Shown: in pieces, positions 39,887-49,569 of the stretch
Position numbering within the stretch: position 1 is the stretch's first letter
How the letters are laid out: each line of letters begins with the position of its first letter
Assembly (NCBI GenBank): GCA_963745075.1
Contig: CAVUWV010000001.1
Span: 352,001-416,000 of the forward strand
From: Candidatus Hydrogenedentota bacterium
GTDB lineage: Bacteria; Hydrogenedentota; Hydrogenedentia; Hydrogenedentales; SLHB01
Reading direction: 5' to 3'
Length of the DNA stretch: 64,000 bases
Notes under the pieces: generated by a model
The model's input: the letters and a program-made list of their open reading frames with translations, nothing else
What the model was told of the DNA's origin: nothing
The model's database searches: none
Program-made: the position numbers and the translations under genes

Positions 39887-42800
39887 GCCGCACCCGGACG
39901 AGAACATCAACACGCATGAGTTATCGTTGATCGACAAGGTCATCTGGTTTTGCCTCAACAACAAGCTTGTCGTTGGTCTCCTTATCGTGTTCGTCGTTGT
40001 GTGGGGCATACTCGTGGCCCCGTTCGACTGGGAAATTAACTGGCTTCCGCGAAACCCGGTGGCCGTCGATGCCATTCCCGACATCGGCGAGAATCAGCAG
40101 ATTGTCTTCACGGAATGGATGGGACGGTCGCCGCAAGACGTAGAGGACCAAATCACCTACCCGCTGACCGTGTCGCTATTGGGAATCCCCGGTGTCAAGA
40201 CGATCCGGTCCTCCTCGTTTTTCGGATTCTCTTCCGTTTACATCATCTTCAAGGAGAACGTGGAGTTTTATTGGTCGCGGAGCCGCGTCCTCGAGAAACT
40301 GAACAGCCTTCCAGCCGGAACGCTGCCCGAGGGGGTGCAGCCCATGCTGGGCCCCGACGCCACGGCGCTTGGCCAAGTCTATTGGTACACCCTCGAAGGG
40401 CGGGATCCGGACGGTCGCCCTGCGGGAGGGTGGGACCTCGCAGAACTGCGGAGCGTCCAGGACTGGTACGTGCGGTATTCGCTTCAATCGGCGGACGGCG
40501 TCAGCGAGGTCGCTTCGGTGGGAGGCTTCGTTCAGGAGTACCAGATCGACGTGGACCCGGACGCGATGCGGGCGGATCACGTGACGCTCGACGAGGTGTT
40601 CATGGCGGTGCGGTCGTCCAACCTGGACGTGGGCGCCCGAACCATCGAACTCAATGACGTCGAGTACATCATTCGCGGTCTTGGATTCATCAAGAGTTTG
40701 GCGGATATCGAAGAGTCCGTCATCAAGGTCAACGACAACGTCCCGATTCGGATAAAGGATGTAGCCCACGTATCCCTGGGGCCGGCGTTGCGACGGGGCG
40801 CCCTGGATAAGGAAGGCGCCGAAGCTGTGGGGGCGGTGGCGGTCGTACGGTACGGCAGCAATCCCCTGGCGGCCATCAAGAACATCAAAGCGAAGATAGG
40901 CGAGATCGCGCCTGGCCTCCCTATCAAGGCGGTAGTTGACAACGAGAAGGTGGACCGCGCCGAAGTCGAGCGTTTTGCCGAAGCCCACGGCTTCCAAGCG
41001 TACGCCGATGTGGGATTGAATCAGAAGGACTGGATGGCGTGGCTGCGATCGACGGACCGGCAGGAATGGCCGGACTGGATCACGACCAGCCAAGTCACGA
41101 TCGTTCCATTCTACGATCGAACGGGGCTCATTTACGAGACCCTGGGCACATTGAACGAGGCCTTGCTGCTGGAAATTCTCGTCACGATCATCGTCGTGAT
41201 CGTGATGGTTCGTCATCTACCGAGTTCGATACTGATTAGCGGATTGTTGCCGCTGGCCGTGCTCATGTGCTTCATCGCCATGAAAGTTTTCGGGGTCGAT
41301 GCGAACGTTGTGGCGCTTTCGGGAATCGCGATTGCCATCGGCACGATGGTCGACATGGGGGTCGTGATCTGCGAAAACATCCTGAGAAAGCTCGACGAAC
41401 TCGAACCGGGAAAGAGCCGGCTCCGCGCCGTCTTCGACGCGGCCAGCGAAGTCGGCAGTGCCGTCACCACGGCAGTTTCCACCACGGTCGTCAGTTTCCT
41501 GCCGGTTTTCACGATGACGGCGGCCGAAGGGAAACTCTTCAAGCCGCTGGCCTTTACCAAGACTTTCGCTCTCATCTCGTCCGTTATTGTCGCGCTGGTT
41601 ATCATTCCGCCGGCGGCGCACCTTATTATGGGAAGCAACTTCCGCTCGGTCCGTTTGCGGACGGGACTTCTCCTGGCAACGGTTTTCGCTGGTTTTGCGC
41701 TGCTGTTTTACGCGCCCTGGTGGGTCGGGGCTATCGTGATTGCTTTTGCCGGCTATCAACTTACCCGGAGCTATCTGCCACCAAGACTCGCGTTGGCGGG
41801 ACCGTGGATTGCGAATGGATTGGCCTTGGCATGCATTGTCACGATCTTAACGCAACAATGGGAACCGCTTGGTCCGGAGCGTGGCGTCATACGCAATCTT
41901 GCGTTCGTCGTATTGATCACCGGCGGTTTGTTGGGTTTCTTTCAGATATTTCAACATACCTATCCGACGATTCTGCGCTGGTGTTTGAACCATAAGCTGA
42001 GCTATTTATCCCTGATCGTTGTCATTATCGCGACGGGGTTCTCGGCCTGGCTGGGCTTTGACACCGTTTTTGGGTTCATTCCCCAAGGGGCCGGGAAAGT
42101 GGGGGTGTCGCCGGGGACCATCCGGAACTCGAGCCCGTGGCAGATCGCGTCCAGAACGTTTCCCGGGTTCGGTAAGGAGTTCATGCCGCCGCTCGATGAA
42201 GGCTCGTATCTCTACATGCCGACGACGATGCCACACGCCTCGATTGGCGAAGCCATGGATGTATTGCAGACGCAGGATAAGGCCCTGGCCTCCGTGCCCG
42301 AGATCGAGTCCGTGGTCGGAAAGATCGGCCGCGTTGACAGTCCCTTGGACCCGGCCCCCATATCCATGATCGAGACGGTGATCAACTATGTTCCGGAGTA
42401 CATCACCGACAAAGACGGTCATCGAATGAGCTTTCGATACGACACGAGCAAAGGCGAGTTCGTTCGCGATGAGAGAGGAGAATTGATACCGGACCCGGAC
42501 GGGCGACCGTTCCGTCAGTGGCGCGACGCGATCCGTACGCCGGACGACATCTGGAAGGAGATTGTTGATGCCGCCGAGATTCCGGGTACAACATCGGCGC
42601 CCAAGTTGCAGCCCATCGCCGCGCGAATCGTCATGCTCCAGAGCGGCATGCGCGCCCCGATGGGCGTGAAGATAAAAGGCCCCGATCTCGAGACGATTGA
42701 AGGAGTGGGGTTGGATATCGAGCGGTTCTTGAAAGAGGTACCAAGCGTAAAACCCAGCGCGGTCATTGCGGATCGGATCGTTGGAAAGCCGTACCTGGAA

Positions 42801-43838
42801 ATCGCCATCGATCGCAAATCCATCGCGCGGTATGGAATCACGATCAAGCGGATGCAAGACGTCATCGAAGTGGCCATTGGCGGGCGCAAGATTACGAACA
42901 CGGTGGAGGGCCGAGAACGCTATCCGGTACGGGTGCGTTACATGCGCGAATTGCGCGATCAAATCGAGACGATCGGCAAGATCCTCGTGCCGTCACCCAC
43001 CGGCGCGCAGATTCCGATCGATCAGTTAGCCAAGATCCGATACGTCCGGGGTCCCCAAGTTATCAAGAGCGAGGACACCTTCCTGACGGGGTACGTCTTG
43101 TTCGACAAGCAGCCGGACGCCGCGGAAGTGGACGTGGTCGAGGACTGCCAGCGCTATCTGAAAGAGAAGATCGCAAGTGGTGAGTTCAATCTTCCGCCCG
43201 GCGTGAGCTATACCTTTGCCGGCAGCTATGAAAACCAAGTGCGTTCGCAGAAAACGCTAGCTGTGGTGCTGCCGTTGTCGCTCTTCGTGATCTTTCTCAT
43301 TCTTTATCTGCAATTTCGCTCGGTGGCGACTACGACCCTTGTGTTCTGCGGAATCGTGGTCGCCTGGGCGGGAGGGTTCATTCTGATCTGGCTGTATGGT
43401 CAACCCTGGTTTCTCGACTTCAGCCTGTTCGGCGTTAATCTCCGAGAACTGTTCCAAGTCCATCCAATTAATTTGAGCGTCGCAATCTGGGTGGGATTCC
43501 TCGCCTTGTTCGGTATAGCGTCGGATGACGGGGTGATTATCGCTACGTTCTTGGACCAGAGTTTTGCCGCTCGTCAGCCCGAGTCGATTTCGGAAATCCG
43601 GGAGGCGACGATCGTGGGCGCCAAGCGGCGAATTCGTCCGGCCCTCATGACGACGGGCACGACGATTCTGGCCTTGATTCCCGTATTAACATCCACCGGT
43701 CGAGGGTCTGACATCATGCTGCCCATGGCGATACCGTCTTTTGGTGGTATGTTGTTTGTGTTATTGACGGTCTATATGGTGCCCACGTTGTATTGCTGGG
43801 TCAAGGAAGCCCAATGGCGATCGCGGCGATCGCGTTAG
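39879..43838 (+). CDS. cusA: CusA/CzcA heavy-metal RND permease
   Basis: VDAIPDIGENQQIVFTEW.GRSP, GPDATALG, GTMVD, EFMPPLDEG, RIRPALMT. Confidence 0.93.
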   Translation: MSEPHPDENINTHELSLIDKVIWFCLNNKLVVGLLIVFVVVWGILVAPFDWEINWLPRNPVAVDAIPDIGENQQIVFTEWMGRSPQDVEDQITYPLTVSLLGIPGVKTIRSSSFFGFSSVYIIFKENVEFYWSRSRVLEKLNSLPAGTLPEGVQPMLGPDATALGQVYWYTLEGRDPDGRPAGGWDLAELRSVQDWYVRYSLQSADGVSEVASVGGFVQEYQIDVDPDAMRADHVTLDEVFMAVRSSNLDVGARTIELNDVEYIIRGLGFIKSLADIEESVIKVNDNVPIRIKDVAHVSLGPALRRGALDKEGAEAVGAVAVVRYGSNPLAAIKNIKAKIGEIAPGLPIKAVVDNEKVDRAEVERFAEAHGFQAYADVGLNQKDWMAWLRSTDRQEWPDWITTSQVTIVPFYDRTGLIYETLGTLNEALLLEILVTIIVVIVMVRHLPSSILISGLLPLAVLMCFIAMKVFGVDANVVALSGIAIAIGTMVDMGVVICENILRKLDELEPGKSRLRAVFDAASEVGSAVTTAVSTTVVSFLPVFTMTAAEGKLFKPLAFTKTFALISSVIVALVIIPPAAHLIMGSNFRSVRLRTGLLLATVFAGFALLFYAPWWVGAIVIAFAGYQLTRSYLPPRLALAGPWIANGLALACIVTILTQQWEPLGPERGVIRNLAFVVLITGGLLGFFQIFQHTYPTILRWCLNHKLSYLSLIVVIIATGFSAWLGFDTVFGFIPQGAGKVGVSPGTIRNSSPWQIASRTFPGFGKEFMPPLDEGSYLYMPTTMPHASIGEAMDVLQTQDKALASVPEIESVVGKIGRVDSPLDPAPISMIETVINYVPEYITDKDGHRMSFRYDTSKGEFVRDERGELIPDPDGRPFRQWRDAIRTPDDIWKEIVDAAEIPGTTSAPKLQPIAARIVMLQSGMRAPMGVKIKGPDLETIEGVGLDIERFLKEVPSVKPSAVIADRIVGKPYLEIAIDRKSIARYGITIKRMQDVIEVAIGGRKITNTVEGRERYPVRVRYMRELRDQIETIGKILVPSPTGAQIPIDQLAKIRYVRGPQVIKSEDTFLTGYVLFDKQPDAAEVDVVEDCQRYLKEKIASGEFNLPPGVSYTFAGSYENQVRSQKTLAVVLPLSLFVIFLILYLQFRSVATTTLVFCGIVVAWAGGFILIWLYGQPWFLDFSLFGVNLRELFQVHPINLSVAIWVGFLALFGIASDDGVIIATFLDQSFAARQPESISEIREATIVGAKRRIRPALMTTGTTILALIPVLTSTGRGSDIMLPMAIPSFGGMLFVLLTVYMVPTLYCWVKEAQWRSRRSR

Positions 43839-43929
43839 AATGAACCTCGTTATTTGAGCAAAGGTTGTTATCCAACGGCGGCGACTCAATGGGAGCGGGG
43901 ATGGATGAAGAGAGGAAGGGGTTAGAACC

Positions 43930-45486
43930 ATGACGGCACTGGTTTGCTTGATTGTCTTGGCGCAGGCTCCAGTCGAGGCGCCCGAGTTCTATGCGCCGAA
44001 CGAGGAACTCCATGGCTACCTGATGGAGGCGATGGAGAACAACCCCGGTCTGCACGCGCGCTACACCGAGTACCTGATGGCGCTGCAGAAGATCCCACAG
44101 GTGACGTCGCTGGACGATCCCATGTTTACGTACGGGCAGTTCCTTCAATCGGACGTGAATCGGTTCAAGGCGATGGTCCAGCAGAAGTTCCCGTGGTTTG
44201 GCACGCTCAAAACGCGGGGCGAGAAAGCAGCGGCAGAAGCGGATGCGCGTCTGCAACGGTTCTTCGACGAACGGAACCGGATCGGTATGGCCGTGAAGAA
44301 GGCGTACTTCGAGTATGCGTTCCTTGGGGAAAGCATCAATGTGACGCAGGCCCAAGCGGACGTGTTGTCGTACATGGAAGACACGGTGCGGGCCAAGTAT
44401 TCTCTTGGATTGGCCAATCAGGATGACTTGGTGCGCGTCTCGATCGAACAGACGAAACTGCAAGATCGATACGATGGGTTCGTGCGCCTCAAGCCGGCGT
44501 TGATGGCGAATTTGAATGAAGTGTTGGGACGAGAACCCACCAGCGAGATTCCTTGGCCGCAGAAGGCTGAATTTCCTCCCGATCTGCCGCCGCCGCCGAT
44601 CGTTCTGGCGCGTGTGCGGGCTGCGAATCCGCAATTGCGGGCCTTCGACTCGGAAATCGAGAGCTGGGAAAAGGCGACGGAGCTTGCGAAAAAGAAGGGG
44701 CTTCCGGACTTCACCGTGGGCCTTGAATATGTCTCGATCAGCAAACCCCGGCAGATTCGTCCCGACCGGCCGTACCCGGCGACACTGAACGCTCTCAATC
44801 GGCGGCGTATGACCGCGGCGAATGCGGCTCGGACCGATATTCAGGCGCTCAACAACGTTTTGCAGGGCCAGCCGGCGCAGTTTTCAGCGCTGGAGCGTGG
44901 CGTTACGCCGGCGATCGACGCCTATTCGATTGCGACGTACGACGAACCTATGGCGTACTCCGACGGTGGGGAGGACAACATCGCGTTGTCGTTGACGGTT
45001 AACGTTCCCATTTGGAGGAAGAAAATCCGGGCGGGCATTGAAGAAGCGGAACTCGGGCAGAGTATGGTAGCGGACACGAAACACCAAAAAGCGCTGTCCC
45101 TTTCGAGTGCAGCCCAAATGGCGGCGTATCGTTTTGACGACGCAAAACGGAGATACAATCTCTATGAAGATTCGCTGATCCCACAGGCACAGCAAGCGTA
45201 CGAAGACTTACAAAGTCAGTACGGCACGACCGAGTTGGGCTCGGGCCTGGCTGCAGCGAGTTTCATCGATGTTCTGGATAGTGTCCAGACCTTGCTCAGC
45301 TTTGAACTCGACCAAGTTCGGGCGGAGCGGGATTGGCAAATCGGCGCGGCGGAACTCGAGTACTTGATGGGAGGGCCGTGGGCTGCGGACTCCTCGGGCG
45401 AGGTAAAGGAAAAGGAAGCCGAGCCTGCGGGACCTACTCAAGTTGACGCGACAGATTCGAGTGAGGACTCTCAAGCGTCGCAATAG
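43930..45486 (+). CDS. TolC-family outer-membrane efflux protein
   Basis: AMENNPGL, SLDDPM, QKFPWFG, LPDFTVG, VPIW; follows the RND permease. Confidence 0.88.
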   Translation: MTALVCLIVLAQAPVEAPEFYAPNEELHGYLMEAMENNPGLHARYTEYLMALQKIPQVTSLDDPMFTYGQFLQSDVNRFKAMVQQKFPWFGTLKTRGEKAAAEADARLQRFFDERNRIGMAVKKAYFEYAFLGESINVTQAQADVLSYMEDTVRAKYSLGLANQDDLVRVSIEQTKLQDRYDGFVRLKPALMANLNEVLGREPTSEIPWPQKAEFPPDLPPPPIVLARVRAANPQLRAFDSEIESWEKATELAKKKGLPDFTVGLEYVSISKPRQIRPDRPYPATLNALNRRRMTAANAARTDIQALNNVLQGQPAQFSALERGVTPAIDAYSIATYDEPMAYSDGGEDNIALSLTVNVPIWRKKIRAGIEEAELGQSMVADTKHQKALSLSSAAQMAAYRFDDAKRRYNLYEDSLIPQAQQAYEDLQSQYGTTELGSGLAAASFIDVLDSVQTLLSFELDQVRAERDWQIGAAELEYLMGGPWAADSSGEVKEKEAEPAGPTQVDATDSSEDSQASQ

Positions 45487-45738
45487 GCAATCCGAGGAGT
45501 TCCATGCGAAGTCCCGCGTCTGTGGCATTCGCCACTGGAAGCGCGGGCTTCGCTTCCCCGGCGGGGCAACCGAAGCCAAATCACACACAAGTTCCATCCT
45601 TCCGAGTCGATTCCACGAAACTCCCGTCGGCGGACTCTGACCATCGCTATGGTCAATTGCTGACCAAGGACCCGGTTTTGGGGCAGGGCTGGCACCTCAA
45701 AACAGGCCTAAATCACGCGAATCCTGGAGGATTTCTCT

Positions 45739-45754
45739 TGGCACGCGGCATGCA
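45739..45754 (+). promoter_or_regulatory. sigma54 -24/-12 promoter
   Basis: TGGCAC-GCGGC-ATGCA (GG-N10-GC spacing kept). Confidence 0.6.
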
Positions 45755-45921
45755 CTCGGTCGGGTTGAGGATGGCCGATGAAGGCCGCGAGCCTCGGGGG
45801 GACCTGACGCGGACCCATCCGGACACCTCGCACAGTTTTTCCTGGCAAGGGGGTGTTCTGAATTCGCACATCGCGACAGCACCCCACATGACCTCGTTGT
45901 GAGGTTATAAGGAGAAGAGCC

Positions 45922-46299
45922 ATGAGGCGCAACCTTTACGATCTGGGTGCATTGGCGGTTGTGGGTATTCTTGCAATCGCGCTGTTCGGCAACGTTGCCG
46001 AGGCTACAACGACCATCGACAAGGGCGACTTGGGCACGTACCAGCGGCACGGCCGGTTCGTGCACCGGATCTTGTCGTCCACTGCGGAATGGGGTACAAG
46101 CGCGTCCCCGGCGGCGAACTCCGTAGACCGTCAAGTTCGCTATGAGAAGGGCGACCTGGGCACGTGGGTCCGTGATGGCCGGCGTGTCATGAAAGTTGCT
46201 ACCGGCGCATCCGACAGGCACGACTCCGGTCGAGGATTCCATGAGGCGACCTACCGAACGGTCGACCATATCAAACATATCCACCGTTACCCTGGTTGA
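45922..46299 (+). CDS. Small secreted His-rich protein with duplicated KGDLGT motif
   Basis: RBS AAGGAG, signal peptide ending AEA, DKGDLGTY..HGR / EKGDLGTW..DGR. Confidence 0.72.
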   Translation: MRRNLYDLGALAVVGILAIALFGNVAEATTTIDKGDLGTYQRHGRFVHRILSSTAEWGTSASPAANSVDRQVRYEKGDLGTWVRDGRRVMKVATGASDRHDSGRGFHEATYRTVDHIKHIHRYPG

Positions 46300-46538
46300 G
46301 ACACTTCCCCATATCGCCTGGAGGCAACTCGTACCGCACGCTCCGGTCTGGCAGAGACCGGAGCGTGCTCCGATCACGTTTCCTGTCGACACGATAGAAC
46401 CCTGTGCCAGTTGTCGTCTTAGGGGGAGCAGGAATTCCGATTCCAGACAAATTGTTTTCCCTGTATCAATGAAGTTGCACGGACATCCAACCGGATCGTA
46501 CTCAGGTTCAACGTATTCACGGGCGGAGTGGTCTTGGC

Positions 46539-47525
46539 GTGAAAGAATTGTTTCTTGCCTTTGTAATTGCGAGTGTAGGGCTGTTTTCGGCATACGCTGG
46601 ACCGCTGGCGTCCCTTACGTTGTTGCGCACGCTGCCGCTCCAAGGCGTGGAAGGGCGCATCGATCACTTGAGTCTGGATGCGAATGGAAGCCGGCTATTC
46701 GTGGCGGCCCTGGGGAACAACACCGTCGAAGTGTTAGACCCTGTGAGCGGCGAGCGTGTTGGCATAATCACGGGGCCACTCGAGCCGCAAGGTGTTGTGG
46801 TTGTACCGAACTCGAGCGCCCTCGTTGTTGCCAGCGGCGCCGATGGGATGTGCCGTGTGTACGATCGATCCTTGAACCTGACGGGCACCTTGAGCGGGCT
46901 GAACGACGCCGACAATGTTCGATACGATGCGGAAGGCAGGTGTGTCTGGGTTGGTTACGGGGACGGCGCTTTAGCCGCGATCGATGTTTCCGGCGCCACG
47001 ATCTCGAGGCAAATCGAACTTGACGGACATCCCGAATCATTCCAGTTGGAAAAGGAAGGCAATCGCATTTTTGTAAATGTGCCTTCCGCACAAGGGATAG
47101 TCGTAGTCGATCGGGGGAGTTGGAAAGTTACGGCTCGCTGGCCTGTAAAGGAGGCCAAGGCCAATTTTCCCATGGCCCTGGACGAGGAGCACCACCGCTT
47201 GTTCGTTGGATGCCGTCGGCCTGCGGAGCTGCTCGTGATCGATACGGAGTCGGGCAACGTCGTGGCGGAAACGGTGTGCAGTGGAGATGCGGATGATATC
47301 TTCTACGATGCAGTGCGCAAGAGAATATACGTTTCGGGCGGCGAAGGAAGTGTTACGGTAATCGAGCAGGCTGACGCAGACAAATACCACGTGATAGATA
47401 GGATTCCTACCGGAACCGGCGCGCGCACGTCCTTGTTCGATCCGGCGAGCGCGTGCCTGTACGTCGCGGTTCCGCAACGGGGTGAGCAACGCGCGCACGT
47501 ATTGGTATACAGGGCCCATCCTTAG
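46539..47525 (+). CDS. YncE/YVTN-type beta-propeller protein
   Basis: GRIDHL..D....RLFVAALGNNTVEV.D, DADNVRYD, HPESFQLE, NFPMALD, GARTSLF. Confidence 0.85.
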   Translation: MKELFLAFVIASVGLFSAYAGPLASLTLLRTLPLQGVEGRIDHLSLDANGSRLFVAALGNNTVEVLDPVSGERVGIITGPLEPQGVVVVPNSSALVVASGADGMCRVYDRSLNLTGTLSGLNDADNVRYDAEGRCVWVGYGDGALAAIDVSGATISRQIELDGHPESFQLEKEGNRIFVNVPSAQGIVVVDRGSWKVTARWPVKEAKANFPMALDEEHHRLFVGCRRPAELLVIDTESGNVVAETVCSGDADDIFYDAVRKRIYVSGGEGSVTVIEQADADKYHVIDRIPTGTGARTSLFDPASACLYVAVPQRGEQRAHVLVYRAHP

Positions 47526-47842
47526 GTACGGAAATCCTGTGGGGCGGCGGCACGTGTTCGTGGCCGTCCAGTGGAGTCCTCGAACCGAACTCAACGATCT
47601 CCCCGGTGTGACCTGCGAAGCGCACGTGAAACTGATGAACGAGAAGCGCGTATGGTAGCGCATTGCGCGAACCGTGCGTTGGTGCGCACCGCTCTTGACG
47701 AGGCGGAAGGAAAGGGCGGAAGACCGCGAGATACCTGATAGTTGAAGGCATGTGGCGATTCCCTTAGACTCGCCGGGAGATCTCAGCGGTAGCCTGTAAC
47801 CGCTTTGCTTCGTAATTCCCGGAGGAGAAGGGGGCGCGAATC

Positions 47843-49147
47843 ATGCCGAGTATTCTGCGAAGGCGAGAATTCCTGCAATCGGCTGCGGCAGCCATGTCCA
47901 TTCCCATACTTGGCGCGCCACGCGTATCCGGCCAGGAGGCCGCGCCGGTTTCGCCCAGCGAACAGATCACGCTGGGTTGCATCGGGGTGGGAAACCACGG
48001 CACGACCTGGAATCTCGACGCTTTTCTCAAGATTCCTGAAGCGCGGGTGGTGGCGGTGTGCGATGTGTTTCGCGACCGGCGCGAGAATGCGCGCGATATT
48101 GTAAACAAGGCCTATGGTAACCAGGACTGCGATACGCACGCCGATTTCCGGGAGATTCTCGCGCGGCCGGATGTCGATGCGGTGGTCATTTCCACACCCG
48201 ATCACTGGCACGTGCTTTTGTCCGTCATGGGGGCCCGTGCGGGCAAGCACGTGTTTTGCGAGAAGCCGACGCTTACCGTTCAGGAAGGGCAGGTGCTCGT
48301 TGATGTGCTCGGCAAGGCGGGGGTCGTGTACCAGGGCGGCATTGAGGACCGGTCCGTTGAAATCTATCACCGCATGGCGGAGCTGGTGCGCAATGGCGCG
48401 ATTGGGAAACTGCAACGCATTCTGGTGGTTCTTCCGGAAGGCGAGGTATTCGCGAAAGAGGAATCCGTGCCGGTACCGGACGGTCTCGATTACGACCTGT
48501 GGCTGGGGCCCGCCCGATTCACGCCGTACACACCGACGAAGCTCGGCGCGCAGGAGTGGCGGAACATCTGGGATTACTCGGGCGGCAAGTTGACGGATTG
48601 GGGCGCGCACCTTCTGGATACGGCGCAGGTCGCCATGTCCCAGGAACACGGCGGACCGTTGGAAGTTGACGGGAAAGGCACATTTCCCGAGGACGCGATG
48701 TCCCAAACCGCCACGGAGTACAAGATCTATTATCAATACCCCAACGACGTGCAGATGATCGTGAAATCGGGCGGCACGGGGATCCGCTTCGAGGGCACGG
48801 ACGGCTGGATCGAGAGTCCGGCATGGCGAAAACCGATCAAGGCCAGCGACCCCGGCATTTTGGAAATGGTTTTTGCGCCGAACGAGAACAAGATGTGGCC
48901 GCGGCCGTCCACCGAGCACCAGAGTTTTATCGATGGCGTGAAGGGAAGGGAAACTCCGTATTACACGCCGCTGGATATTCATCATTTGAGTATCCCGATG
49001 CACATCGGGAACATCTCGATGCGGGTGGGGCGCAAGTTGAAGTGGGACCCGAAGCGCGAGGTGTTTCCTGGGGATGACGAGGCCAACGGGTACTTGTCCC
49101 GGCCTATGCGCGAACCGTGGTCGCTGGAGAAATTGGGGCCGGCGTAA
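47843..49147 (+). CDS. Tat-exported Gfo/Idh/MocA oxidoreductase
   Basis: RRREFL, GCIGVG, DAVVISTPDHWH, CEKP, WLGPA, DWGAH. Confidence 0.94.
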   Translation: MPSILRRREFLQSAAAAMSIPILGAPRVSGQEAAPVSPSEQITLGCIGVGNHGTTWNLDAFLKIPEARVVAVCDVFRDRRENARDIVNKAYGNQDCDTHADFREILARPDVDAVVISTPDHWHVLLSVMGARAGKHVFCEKPTLTVQEGQVLVDVLGKAGVVYQGGIEDRSVEIYHRMAELVRNGAIGKLQRILVVLPEGEVFAKEESVPVPDGLDYDLWLGPARFTPYTPTKLGAQEWRNIWDYSGGKLTDWGAHLLDTAQVAMSQEHGGPLEVDGKGTFPEDAMSQTATEYKIYYQYPNDVQMIVKSGGTGIRFEGTDGWIESPAWRKPIKASDPGILEMVFAPNENKMWPRPSTEHQSFIDGVKGRETPYYTPLDIHHLSIPMHIGNISMRVGRKLKWDPKREVFPGDDEANGYLSRPMREPWSLEKLGPA

Positions 49148-49306
49148 GACAGCAGAGACAGCAGAGACGGCAGGGACGAAACGCCGCATGTAATCCGTGA
49201 TATTCGTGCCGACCATGAGCCCAAAACGTATTCTTAGTTGTGGAAACTCGTACTAAGTACAATTCTCCGCAATTAAGGGTACATTCCCAGATGCCGCTCT
49301 TACCCG

Positions 49307-49473
49307 AAGAACATCCCCCTTGATCCCCCTTCAAAGGGGGAATTTGGGCTCAACTGTTTATATAGATAAACGCATTGAAACACAGCCCGTATGTTGTCTA
49401 TAATTGACGTGTAACACAACACGGAGTGTTGTGCGGAATTCCCCCTTTGAAGGGGGATCAAGGGGGATGTTAT
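49307..49473. repeat. Inverted pair of CCCCCTTTGAAGGGGG REPs with AT-rich spacer
   Basis: Arms at ~49307-49343 and ~49437-49471 are reverse complements. Confidence 0.88.
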
Positions 49474-49569
49474 CTCGCGCCAGAGCATACGTGATGTATC
49501 CTTAATCATGTTGAAGTGTACTAAGTCCCGTCGTACGGGGTGGAAATGCGGTGATCGCAGGGAGTCATT

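Noticed and set aside
47755..47775. attR-like duplicate of the tRNA-Ala 3' end closing an island
   Set aside because: Only GATTCCC matches and no integrase is present, so island boundaries cannot be supported.
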